Shown in pieces: positions 34,725-45,900 of a DNA stretch of 64,000 nt (its first letter is position 1; the number at the start of each line of letters is the position of its first letter). A model generated the notes under the pieces. The model had not been told where the DNA came from, made no database searches, and saw only the letters and a list, made by a program, of their open reading frames with translations. The DNA comes from an uncultured Nitrososphaeraceae archaeon (GTDB lineage: Archaea > Thermoproteota > Nitrososphaeria > Nitrososphaerales > Nitrososphaeraceae). A program made the position numbers and the translations under genes. The stretch covers positions 96,001 to 160,000 of the forward strand of contig CAWGVG010000021.1 in assembly GCA_963825865.1 (NCBI GenBank). Reading direction: 5' to 3'.

Positions 34725-34943
34725 TATTGTCTAATTGTTATTTATTGAAGCAGAAATAAAATAAAGAAGAGTAGGTTGAAGAATAATTTTAGGAAGACTA
34801 AAGGTCTTGATGCAACTAAAGCAATCAAACAAAGACTAGAACCAGAGGTTGTAGTCCTTATCCCAAATGTAGGCTTATAGTTTACTTCTTCAAATCGAAT
34901 ATCTTTGTGAACAATATGTCGTATCCGATATATCTCTGCTTTA

Positions 34944-35364
34944 GAGCCTATCCCAAAATTATCCTCCAGTAGACAATAAAACAGCAAGCTAAAGAGACGA
35001 GTGCAAGATAGTTCTCTGATTTCTTTTCATATCTTACTAATAGTTTTCTGAACCTGTTATGCCATGAATTAGTTCTTTCTACAACCCACCTCCTTGCTGA
35101 ATAATATCTTAGCTTTATCAATTCTTCACCTCTGTGACGAATATGCGGCAAGTATCTTCTTTTGGTAGATTCTCTTTCTATTTCTGGATAATCATATCCT
35201 TTGTCCAGACATAGGTTCTGTTTCTTTAACGGTCTTTCAACTATCACATTATCCAGCGTATCTGTTTCAGCCTTCATGTCATGTGTATTTGCAGATGCAA
35301 TAATAACAGAATACTGGAATACCACGCTGGTCTGTTAATACATGGCGCTTAGTTCCTATCTTAC
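34944..35364 (-). mobile_element. truncated copy of the IS at 51611-52484
   Basis: Near-identical to 51611-52030 including the TIR GAGCCTATCCCAAAA; identity stops abruptly at 35364. Confidence 0.9.
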
Positions 35365-35534
35365 TCACTTCTACAGGTTAAGCGAATACCAGGGAAGGTG
35401 GTAGTAGTGATAATAATAGTTGTCCAATTCTTGCCATTGGTTGCCAACTGGCTAGTAATACTTTCCTTAGCCTATCATAGCATATAATCTTTAGTCTTTT
35501 CTCTCTTTCTCTCTTTCTCTCTTTCTCTCTGTTA

Positions 35535-35867
35535 TCATTTATTATCATCACTAGATAAAATACCTTTATCGGCTCCATAAAGATGGTTAATAATGCCTGC
35601 TAGTTTAATATCATAATTACTAATTCCATTAACATCATGTGTTACTAGGTCAACCTTGACCTTGTTGTAAACGTTAAACCACTCTGGGTGGTGATTCATC
35701 TTTTCAGCTTCCATTGCTATTTTTGTCATAAAACCAAATGCCTCCACAAAGCTTTCGAATTCAAAGGTTCGATTTAATTTGCCGCTAACTACTTTCCATC
35801 CTTGGAGTTTGTTAACTTCACGTTCTATTTCTTGTTCTGATAACTTCCGATAATCATCCTCTGACAT
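35535..35867 (-). CDS. pterin-4a-carbinolamine dehydratase
   Basis: [28 protein letters not shown]. Confidence 0.92.
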   Translation of the reverse strand: MSEDDYRKLSEQEIEREVNKLQGWKVVSGKLNRTFEFESFVEAFGFMTKIAMEAEKMNHHPEWFNVYNKVKVDLVTHDVNGISNYDIKLAGIINHLYGADKGILSSDDNK

Positions 35868-36012
35868 ACTCCCTCTTTACTCCACTACCTAATACGCATG
35901 ACTCTACAATTATATTGTTTTCTTTTTAACGCTATATCCATATGCATATTTACAGTTACTATAGCGGGTCTATATTAAGAACCATGTAGACCATAGAATG
36001 ACACTAAAAGAA

Positions 36013-37438
36013 ATGACCAACAACAGCAGTAATAGTAGTAACAGTAACAGGCAGCAACAACAACAACAACGACGGCAGCAACATTAGGCAGCTTTAGCAG
36101 TAGTAGTAGTAATATTAGCAAAATTATAGCTTCATCTTCATCTTCATCATCTTTCTCTTCATTATCAGAAGAAAGCTATTACCGCAATTTTAAAAATTCC
36201 TGCAAAGCAGTAGCTACCTTTGAGAGTTATAACAACAAACTCAACAAATATATGAAATATAAAGGATATACAGAGTATTCTCAGTTAGTAGATCCAAACA
36301 AGGATGTCAGGATTATCGAATCTGACATTATAGATTTTATAGTTTATTTAAAAGAAAAACATTACCGATATGAGTCAAGATGTGCTTACCTAAACGCCAT
36401 ATGTCATTTTTATAATGTTAATGATGTTGTAGTTATTCGTAAAAAGAAGATCTCGAGATTTTTGGGCAGTGAAGATGATGATAATAATGACGTTGCTGCT
36501 ACGGCAACGGGAGGAGTAGGAGTAGAAGATCCGCCGCAACAGGAAGATAAACCATATACTACTGAGCAGATCTCCAAACTGCTAGAGGTATCAGACGAAC
36601 GTACCAAAGTAATGGTTCTACTAATGGCATCTGCTGGTTTAAGATTGGGTGCTTTACCAGGTTTAAAAGTAGGTCATTTAATCAAAATTCCTGAATACTC
36701 TAATTATCAAATAACAGCTTATGCCAATTCAAAAAAGTCAAGATATCAAACCTTTTGCACTAGTGAATGTGCAGTAGCAATTGATAACTATCTGGATTTT
36801 CGTAAAAGATGCGGAGAACATGTAACAGCTAAATCGCCATTGCTACGACGACAGTTCAATAGAGATGACGAGTTGCAAACTGCTAACATGGTATTGCCTA
36901 TAGGAATATCAGCAGTAAAGCGGTGTCTAAATAAAGTATTATATGAATCTGGTCTGCGGACCCATTTAATAGAAAAAAATGAAAACAAACTTAATCAACG
37001 CAGAGATATGTCGCAATGGCTCACGGCTTTCGCAAGTTTTTTGATACAACTTGTACGCTAAATGGAATGAATCCTATCTATGTCGAGATTTGTATGGGTC
37101 ATTCACTCAAAGGGGTAAAGGATTCATACTTTATACCACGTGCGGATAAGAATGGCATTTATCGTGATATCTTGGAAGGTAATGACAGAAACCTAGGCTA
37201 CTTATCAATTATGGATGCTCTTACAATAAACCAAGAGCATCGTCTAAAGACTGAGAATATAAAACTAAAAACCGAGACTTCAAAAGTTAACCAGTTACAA
37301 GGCCAGTTAGATAACATGAAAAACGAGATAAACGCATTAACTGGAAGTTTGTATAATATGTTATCCAAGACATCGAAAAAAGAGATTGAAGAGGAAGTTT
37401 CTCAACATATTGAACTTGATGAATCTAAATGGCGTTGA
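36013..37438 (+). CDS. tyrosine recombinase/integrase (frameshifted near 37015 and in the low-complexity 5' end)
   Basis: Catalytic set SAGLRLG, HGFRKFF, MGH, DSY; SAM-like N-terminal part; coiled-coil tail. Confidence 0.9.
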
Positions 37439-37672
37439 TTGATAATGATATTGGCCATTTTGGCCGAATTGTGAAGGATAGATAGACTGATTTGGTATCA
37501 GTTACATTTTGTTAGTTAGTTAGTTAGTTAAATGAGTTTTGAGATGTTAAATTGATTCCTTTATTTGATAAAAAGTTCCTAAAGAATATGTCCACCTTTC
37601 TCACAGTAATATTTTACTGCTAAAAGAGACGAGAAGCTTATGAGTGAGCTTTAAGCTGTATGTATTGACTAT

Positions 37673-37886
37673 ATGTTGAGACAGGAAACTTTAAAGAAGG
37701 ACCACCAACTGCATCAGCAGGCAGCGGGTTCAGAATAATAACAGCACTGACATAACAGCTGTCCTTGTTACAAAACAGACTCGCGAAACATTACGGCAAA
37801 TCGGACGCAAAAATGAGACTTACGATCAAATTATAAACCGACTAATTAAAAAATCAAGCTCAATAATGAGGAGCAACGAGGTTTAG
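37673..37886 (+). CDS. small RHH/CopG-like regulator (not in the ORF track; frameshifted)
   Basis: Hand translation gives ITAVLVTKQTRETLRQIGRKNETYDQIINRLIK. Confidence 0.7.
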
Positions 37887-38070
37887 ACAAGTAAAATGCA
37901 ATTAAATGGTAAAGTTGGGTACTGGGCAGTTGTTGCCCACCAGTCCAGCACCCAATTGTTAGGTGTGAATCAGCAGTTTTTGTCAGCATGTACAACTCAA
38001 ACTACTCTTTCGACTTTGCAGACCCACCATCAACCACAGCAGTCACCTTCAGGAGCAGGTTCGCCGCTAG

Positions 38071-38361
38071 TTGACTAAAAGAAACGAAGATTCTACAAAA
38101 TTTAAAGCTAGCGAAATTAGAAGTCGTAGAAATAAAGATTTACACAGGAAAATTGATTTTTCAGAATTTAACGACAGGTTTGACTGTCTGCAGCGTGCTC
38201 AAGCAGGAACTCGGGAGCAAGTTAATTGTGTTGAAAACTTATGTTTGGAGCTAAAGGAGTTAATCTCTAACAAGTTATCAGCAATCGAACGAAGTAATAT
38301 ATTATTTAGTCAGATTATCGCTGAAAAGGATCTGAATTTGGATGGGGTGACGATTAATTGA
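38071..38361 (+). CDS. hypothetical element protein
   Basis: Overlaps the next ORF in an operon-like arrangement. Confidence 0.5.
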   Translation: MTKRNEDSTKFKASEIRSRRNKDLHRKIDFSEFNDRFDCLQRAQAGTREQVNCVENLCLELKELISNKLSAIERSNILFSQIIAEKDLNLDGVTIN

Positions 38362-38768
38362 TGGCTCAACGAATAATATCGCAACCATCATCATCACCGC
38401 CACAACCAGATTTCTGTGAACTAAAGTTCTGGACTGAGACATGTCTGATTGAAGACATATTCCTTAGACTTGCAGGAACTAAAATAATTGTAAAAAAACA
38501 CGAGGACAACAAAGATGTAACTGTCTACAAATACTATAATCAAGCACTCAGACTAAGATATCGGATTCCTATATACAAACCGACGCCTGAATTCATTGTC
38601 AATAAGTCTGATCTAACACCGCGAATAATGTCCGAGTTAAAGTCACTAGATGCTAAAGACTCTGCAGTTATCTTAAAGCAAGCAGTAGGTTGGATATTCG
38701 CCAACATTGATTCTCGGCAATACAATCTAAGTGTTGCCAGAAAATTGAAAGTGAGGTTAGACGCTTAA
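38358..38768 (+). CDS. hypothetical element protein upstream of the helicase
   Basis: 136-aa ORF ending 4 bp before the MCM start. Confidence 0.55.
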   Translation: MMAQRIISQPSSSPPQPDFCELKFWTETCLIEDIFLRLAGTKIIVKKHEDNKDVTVYKYYNQALRLRYRIPIYKPTPEFIVNKSDLTPRIMSELKSLDAKDSAVILKQAVGWIFANIDSRQYNLSVARKLKVRLDA

Positions 38769-38772
38769 TAAC

Positions 38773-40158
38773 ATGTCTTCGTCACAATCAACTCCATCAA
38801 CAACTACTACAGCAACAGTAGAGGAGAAAGTCAAGAAAACTCATTACTCTGTATCTGAGGCCATAGAAGCAGGATCAGGTAAGAACGTCATTGTAACAGG
38901 AATGATTGCGAGTTATTCCACTCCATACAAAACGATATCTAGATCTGAATGGAAATGTGATAATCCTCTATGCAGTCTAGTTGGAAGTGAATCATACACT
39001 CCGCCATTATTAGTACCGCTAAATAGACTTGATAATACGAGAGGTTTTAGTATAAAGTGTTTCAAATGTGGAAGCACTGCATTTGACGCTTACCATATCT
39101 ATAACAACACCAGACCAATACAATTAGAAGATTCGGACAAGGCAAGTGATGAAGCATATAATAGCACCGACAGACTCGAAGTAGTGCTTTATGACGATGC
39201 GGCTTCTCGAGTAATTGCAGGTGAGATAGTTGATATTGTAGGAGATATAATCACTCAGCGCAAGTCTGACAGCGGTGCTAGTGCTAAGAACAATAGCAAG
39301 AAACTTGTTAATGTACTCCATAGCTCAGATATAAGATATCGTAACAAGGATAAAGTTGTCATAACGCAGAAAGATATTGATACATTCTACAGACATAAGA
39401 GGATCTGCGATGCAGTATATGCCAAAGAACTTGAAGCATCCAAGACCAATAAGCAAATTGTTCCTATGCGATATATCGATAGACTAGTTGCAATGTTTGC
39501 ACCAAACGTATTAGGATATGAGAACGTAAAACTTGGGTTGCTTAGATCCTTAGTCGGTGGTAGAAAGGATCACGGAGACGACAACGGAAGACGTGGAAGG
39601 ATAAACACCGTGTTAGTTGGCGATAAAGGCACAGCAAAATCCATGCTTGGTAAAGAATCTACAAAATTAATTCCAAACTCTAGGTATATCAGTGCACAGA
39701 ATACGAGCGGTAAAAGTTTAGTCGGTATTGTAGACAAAGAGAACGATGGTTACTATCTCAGGTTAGGACCTACAGTATTGGCTAGGAATGCAGTATGTGC
39801 AATCAATGAGTTTGGATTAATGCCGTTAGAAGACCAAGGACACTTAAACGATATTGCAGAGGAAGGTAAAACAACGCTAATCAAATATGCTATAACATTT
39901 GAACTCGACGCGCAGACAACTATCATAGCAATTGCCAACCAATTCAATACAGAATGGAACGATCCAAAGAGCATATCTAAAGACGAGATTCCTATGCTCA
40001 GGACTCTAATAGACAGGAGTGACCAGGTATACGCATTTAGAGACGAACGTACAGAGCAGGAACTTGAACAATATGCCAAACAAAAGACCAATCTAAGAAA
40101 ACGTAGACCGCATAATTACAGGGGGTTGTGGTTGTTTATTTCCTATTTTCAATGTTGA
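38773..40158 (+). pseudogene. MCM-family helicase of the element, C-terminally truncated at ~40119
   Basis: Zn finger CDNPLC...CFKC, OB fold, FAPNVLG, Walker A GDKGTAKS, Walker B CAINEF, IIAIAN, IDRSD; lacks the distal AAA+ helices and the wHTH. Confidence 0.85.
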
Positions 40159-40295
40159 TAATTGTCTTTTCTTTGCTCGTTCAGATTCTATCTTTCTTTT
40201 CGAGTTCAAAACCTAGGTCTGCTTGACTTTCTGTTTTGTATTCTCACATATTCTAATTGATAATGGTGTAAGACGACATGCTAAAATTCATGGAA

Positions 40296-40601
40296 ATGTG
40301 GGAACCACAATTTTCACTCCAAAACATGCAATAGTAAGAATCAAAACTTGCACCTGCTGTGTTTCTAAAAGCGGGGGTATCCCCGCTTTTGATTTCCGTG
40401 CAACAGTTTTTGATTTCCATCGTTCATATGAATGTCTTCGTATTTCTCTACCATCTATATCACCGAATAAGTCTTTAGTTCTGTATTTGCGGCCATTGGA
40501 CCGCAAATTGATTCTTGTTCTTGCTTCGTCCCAATAAGTGGCGCTACCGCCACTTTTGATTTACTACCAGGTTTACTCTTTGATTTCCATCGTTCATATG
40601 A
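40296..40601. repeat. array of hairpins and direct repeats
   Basis: AAAAGCGGGG-gtat-CCCCGCTTTT, ATTTGCGG-n8-CCGCAAAT and AAGTGGCG-ctac-CGCCACTT; TTTGATTTCCATCGTTCATATGA twice (~40409, ~40579). Confidence 0.8.
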
Positions 40602-40778
40602 TAGATGGAGAGGAGGTAGACAATAATAATGAAAAACTAATACAGAATCTTGCTTTGTCAAATTCTGAAAATGACAAAGCCGAATTCTCTAACAATCCTC
40701 TATATTATGATATGAGGTTCTTTGTCAGTCAGTCAATCATTTATATTGGCAAACGTTGCTTGATTGCTTGATAGTTAA

Positions 40779-41198
40779 ATGTCAACAAATCAAAGTACAA
40801 GTTCAACAAATACAGGCAAACAAGTCCTAAGTGAAGAGACAAAGAAAAAGATATCAGAGATGAGATTAAGACTGGACCAGAAAGCAAGTAATAGGAACAC
40901 CAAGTTTATCAAGTTCAAAGATGGCGATCACCGATTACTGCAAATCATTCCAGATAAAACAACTGAAGAATTAGTTACATATGAAAGCCAGCCAGACAAG
41001 CCAGTTAACAGATTCAAGTTCTATGTGCATGATCTTGGTAGTTCGGAATCAGCTGGTGAGTTATTGGAGTGGACCTGCTCTGAAACAGTTGCTGCAGATA
41101 TTCTAAAGTGGATTGAAAAAGGTTACTGTGCAATGCACATAACTAGAAAAGGTTCGGACCTAAAGACCAAGTATGATATTGACCCACTGATAGACTAG
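40779..41198 (+). CDS. putative viral-type (gp32-like OB-fold) ssDNA-binding protein
   Basis: The KFIKFKDGD...EWT.S...ITRKGSDLKTKYDIDP pattern resembles phage SSBs; function is inferred. Confidence 0.6.
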   Translation: MSTNQSTSSTNTGKQVLSEETKKKISEMRLRLDQKASNRNTKFIKFKDGDHRLLQIIPDKTTEELVTYESQPDKPVNRFKFYVHDLGSSESAGELLEWTCSETVAADILKWIEKGYCAMHITRKGSDLKTKYDIDPLID

Positions 41199-41613
41199 CG
41201 TTGTGTCACCAATCATTTATTCTTTCTATTCAGTTGTCTCTCTTTTATCTACTGATGAGAATTACGTCAATGATATAGTTCTATTGCATTTCCAACCTTC
41301 TAACAGGCATCGTCTTTTGCTTGCCTTACTTCCAGGATATTGATGTTACTGATTATTGGTAACGTATAAAATTTTTTCCAGAAATGAAATCTAGGTGCGT
41401 TTTGTTTGTTTATGAATTTGTTCATGATGGCTCATGTCCAGAAAAGAATCTTTATAATGAATTATAACGTCAATTCCTAGATTACAAAGTATCCTTCATT
41501 TGATATACTCAATTGTTATACGAAACAAATCCGTAATAAATCATATCAGATAAATCAGCAGTAACTTACTCACTTCAAATATACAGGTGATATTGTAAGT
41601 TGTAATATAATAT

Positions 41614-42232
41614 ATGAACAACACAACAACGAGAACTCTAGCGTTAGTAGCTGTCTTTATGGCGAGCAACATTAGTAGTAGGAACATTTGCAACAACAAC
41701 CACAATAGCAACAACAGGACAATCAGCATATGCTTATTCACAAAAGAAGAAAGGAGGAGGAGAAGACAATGGAAAAGGTAATGGCAACGGCAACACAGTT
41801 ACCATAGAGGAATGCAAGAATAAGGGTTCTGCAAGCGGATTTGATACCGCAGTAGATCAAGAATGTGAAAACCTGATATGTACACATCCAGGTGAAAACG
41901 CAACTTGTGTACAAGAAGGAGCAACAGTAGCAGGAGCAGTGCAACAAGGTAGTCAAACAACGCCAGTAAAACTAACATGCGAACAATGTTTCACAAAGTT
42001 CCTTAGCAGTACACAATTATCCCAACTACTTCAAATATTAGATAGGGCATTCGGGGTTAATAGTTTGCCAGACTTATGTGCAGCACTATCCAGTGGCTCA
42101 AATCCTGAACTAGCTTATCTTTCTTCAAGTATTTCTAGTAAGATTGCTTGGGGAAACAGGAGCGGCTCCGCTAATTCAATGTCTAATAGATGCTGGAATA
42201 GTGCTTCCTACAAGACCAACGTAGGATATTAA
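41614..42232 (+). CDS. secreted Cys-rich protein (frameshifted)
   Basis: Hand translation gives MNNTTTRTLALVAVFMA..TLVVGTFATT...SAYA, then NGNTVTIEECKNKGSASGFDTAVDQECENLICTHP...TCEQCFTKFL. Confidence 0.65.
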
Positions 42233-42831
42233 CCACATACATCAGCAAAAAACAACAATAACCCTCCCTATTTTTTATTACAACTATTTCATTCTGCTGC
42301 GATTCTCCACCACCAAATAACTGTAATGGTGTAGAATATGATCAAGTTGCAGAAGTAGAAGGACTTGAACACATAAATCTAAAATTATCTAGGGCAGCAA
42401 GCTTGATCTGTACTTTTACAAATAAAGAACAAGCGCCATAATCTACCAACCAATCTCCTTGCATAGAATCGGTTCTTATATTTATATATGTATGGAGCAC
42501 CGGCTGTTACCATTACTTTATTCTCCCAATAACTAAACTCTTTAAGGTAGTTAGTATTAGAAAACCGTGAAGTAAAGACGTATGTTTTATCCAGACTCCC
42601 CGGAATATAAGCACAATAAAAATAAAACAATCACAACAATCCATGCAAATGAAATCTATATGTAGCTATTGAAGGTTTTCTTCCTTTTTTCTAAAAAGTT
42701 ACTTTATTAGGTACTATACGGTAATTGTATTGTTCTCCATTGACCTTTGGTCAGACATATTTGTCAACTACCTTTAAGATGGCTTTCTATTGCTCTTCTG
42801 AATCGGCTTCGTTCCTGGAGATAAATTATTA

Positions 42832-44460
42832 TTAATATAGGAATTCAAATGAAGCAATCATTTGCTCTGCAAGAGGAAGGAATTTGAGATATTTTTCTGG
42901 TTTTGAACGATACATTATATGATAAACTTTATTTCCTTTTTTTGTCACAACAACCAATGATTTTTCTCCTTTTTCGATATAAACCAATTGATAAGCAGGA
43001 ATACCTGCTGCAATAGTAGTTGGAATGGATTCAATGAGATGGAAATCAGAAGATGTTTCCTTCAGGTTTTGTATAGTAGAATCAATGAATTCTTTCAGTG
43101 TAATGTTTGGATCTCCAGTTATTCCGATGTATACGCCTTCCAAATAGGAGTCAACAGAACTTTCTTTTGGAGACAGGAATCCTACTACTCTTTGCCATGT
43201 AGCGGGATAGTCTATCTTTATGCCATATTGATCTAAAACACATTTCAGAAAAGTATTATTATTATCCGTTGTTATGTTTTGGACCTGATTCTCGATAAAT
43301 GAATGCTTTGCACTATTCTGGCTGTCGCGACCAAGTTTTGCTCCACATTGATTGCAAAAAGTAGAATTTTCTGGATTAACATTCCCGCAGTTGGAACAAC
43401 TATTACTCTTAAGTTTGGATCCACATTGATTACAAAACCTGGACTCTAGAATTATTGTAACCACATTGATTACAACTTACATATATAGTATTATTAGTTG
43501 ATACAGGTTGGGTTTGAGTAACTTGAATTTCTTCAGATTGATTAAATTTTGAGTCTGTTTGGATAGGTCCACCAATTTGCATATGGCTTTGCTGCCTTTC
43601 TTATTGATTTGACGACTGATGCTAGTCCGTGTGGGTCGCTAACTTGTCTAAATGTAATGTAGGGTTTACCATCAGCAATAAAGACGACATCTCCTATAGT
43701 CATACTAGTAGTTCTTGCATTGCCAAAACCAGATAAGTTATAGCGAGATCTAGAATAACTACCTATTGAATCTGTATTAGATGCGCCGGCTCTGGTTATT
43801 AACTACTACATCTTGAAGTCCTGGCATTAATACTACAGTCCCACTGTGCAGCTTGTAGTCATACTGAAGAACTCTATAATTTGTCAAAACTTCTATCCAG
43901 ATAACTTTCTTGTGAACAATACCCTCAGTTTTCATGTTGTGCCATATTATTTCTTCCCCTTCTGCTAAGAATGGTGTGAGAGGGTAGATGTCAACTGTCT
44001 TTATTTGACCATCATCATTTTGTAAAGTTAGTAAACGGTAGGTCCAATAGACATCATCGAATTCTTTTTGTTTTATTAATTTTATATTGTCTAAAAATTC
44101 CTGGATATATTTCTCCTCTAGATCTATTATGATCCAATAATCCAGATTATCCGTATTGAAGACTATTTTCACCATTAAATCTTCTTTCTTCTTAATCCTT
44201 CCCTTTGTCTCAGAAATTTCTTGAATATCAAGAATATTTGCTATAGGAACTATAGCATCCTGCTTACCTTTATTGTCTACTTTGAAAACTAGCTGTGCAT
44301 CCCATTCCACGGGATGAAGTTCGACTTGTTTTACTTTTTTGTTTGGTTTATGCGTTGAATCCTGAACGATCTCTATTTCATAAGATGGTATTATTAACAT
44401 ATTCGAACCTATTATAGGACGTGACAACTGTTCTGATGCAGGTCGCAGAGGTGTTATCAA
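42832..44460 (-). CDS. cargo protein: PH-like region, double zinc ribbon and PsbP-like domain (probably one gene broken by frameshifts)
   Basis: FCNQCG...CSNCG...FCNQCG; YGIKIDYPATW...FLPLAEQMIASF; coding-like sequence bridges 43465-43776. Confidence 0.6.
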
Positions 44461-44670
44461 TTGAGGCTCAATTTCCCTTCTCTTTTATAAGATAACATAG
44501 TTTTTAACTTTTAAATTAAAGAAATTCAATCTAGTTACCTTTTCAAAAAGAGATAAAAAAGATCAGAAAATAGAAGCTTAATTTTCAATTTTATGGTCGC
44601 AATGGTTGTTTTGTATCAACATTCGACTACGAGGATAAAACGTTAAAAATACTGCCAAAGTATTAAACCT

Positions 44671-44949
44671 ATGGTATCTTTTCTTGTTGTAATCTTTTTT
44701 CTAGTGTTATCGATTACGACTATACCATCATTAACAAGAACCAGCAACTATGACACAAGTTTGTATAATAATATACCGGATAATCACCAATTTCTATCAT
44801 TAAAAAACGCTTATGGTTTTACATATACGCCCAATAATAACAACATAAATTTATCACTAGATAAATATGAACAAATTAAAACTATTCAAGATTCAGGACC
44901 TTATGTGAAAATTGTAAAAAAAGGGAGTCTGAGTTATAGAAATGAATGA
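44671..44949 (+). CDS. hypothetical protein with an N-terminal hydrophobic segment
   Basis: 92-aa ORF; weak support. Confidence 0.35.
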   Translation: MVSFLVVIFFLVLSITTIPSLTRTSNYDTSLYNNIPDNHQFLSLKNAYGFTYTPNNNNINLSLDKYEQIKTIQDSGPYVKIVKKGSLSYRNE

Positions 44950-45202
44950 AGATGTTAATATTGAAGCGATTGCCTTGAAACAATGGCATCGAAAATATGG
45001 TCTATTTGCATTCGCAAGTATTCCAGACACGAAAATAATAATGCAGCTCCTAAAACTCTCAGAAACAGACAAACAGCGGGCCATTGAAAATCTAACAAAC
45101 TTATTCGGACAATTTAGAAAAGAGACAGGTATATCAGGCTCATTTATGAATGCTGATATGTGTAAACAAGTCGTAGAGGACTATCTAGAAAACCATTTGT
45201 AA
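44942..45202 (+). CDS. hypothetical element protein
   Basis: Intact 86-aa helical ORF. Confidence 0.55.
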   Translation: MNEDVNIEAIALKQWHRKYGLFAFASIPDTKIIMQLLKLSETDKQRAIENLTNLFGQFRKETGISGSFMNADMCKQVVEDYLENHL

Positions 45203-45280
45203 CAGAAAAGGATTTAGAATCATAAGCGCAAAAATACATGCATATGAGTAAGTTCAAAACCTAGCATTTTTTAACAACAG

Positions 45281-45571
45281 ATGTGTTTCAAAGATGGCGA
45301 TCACAAGTTACTGCAATTTATTCCAGAGAAGACAACCGAAGAACAGGTTACATACGAAAGCCAGCCAGACAAACCAGTTAACAGATACAAGTTCTATGTG
45401 CATGATCTAGGTAGTTCGGATTCTGCTGGTGAAATACTCGAGTGGACCACATCTGAAACAGTAGCCGCAGATATTCTAAAGTGGATAGAAAAAGGTTACT
45501 GTGCGATGCATATAACTAGAAAAGGTTCAGACTTGAAGACACGGTATGATATTGATCCGTTGATAGATTAG
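45281..45571 (+). pseudogene. 5'-truncated paralog of the SSB-like gene at 40779-41198
   Basis: Aligns from FKDGDH to YDIDPLID with few amino-acid changes and lacks the first ~45 codons. Confidence 0.8.
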
Positions 45572-45900
45572 CGAGGTCTCTCTCTTACCCGTTTTTAAAA
45601 GTAAAACTTTATTTGTTTTTATGTTTCCCACATAATGTTCCTAATTTTGGTAAAGTTATATTTTCAAACCAAAAACTACTAAAATGGCCAAATTGGCCAA
45701 ATTGGCCAAATCAAAAACCACAAAAACCTAGCACAATATAATGAAGTAATTGGACTTCATGCCCAATTGTGTAAGAATCTTTATAGCGAATGATACTATC
45801 AATTGCTAAATCAGCAAGTATACTTCATTTGATATACTAGATTGTTATATAAAATAGATATATATAGATGACACCATAATCATCGATCACGAAGATAAGT

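Noticed and set aside
40296-40601. Possible mini CRISPR array
   Set aside because: Only two exact 23-bp repeats 170 bp apart, no regular spacers and no cas genes.
40779-45571. SSB-like gene pair as the template/variable regions of a diversity-generating retroelement
   Set aside because: Differences are not adenine-specific, are largely synonymous, and no reverse transcriptase is present.
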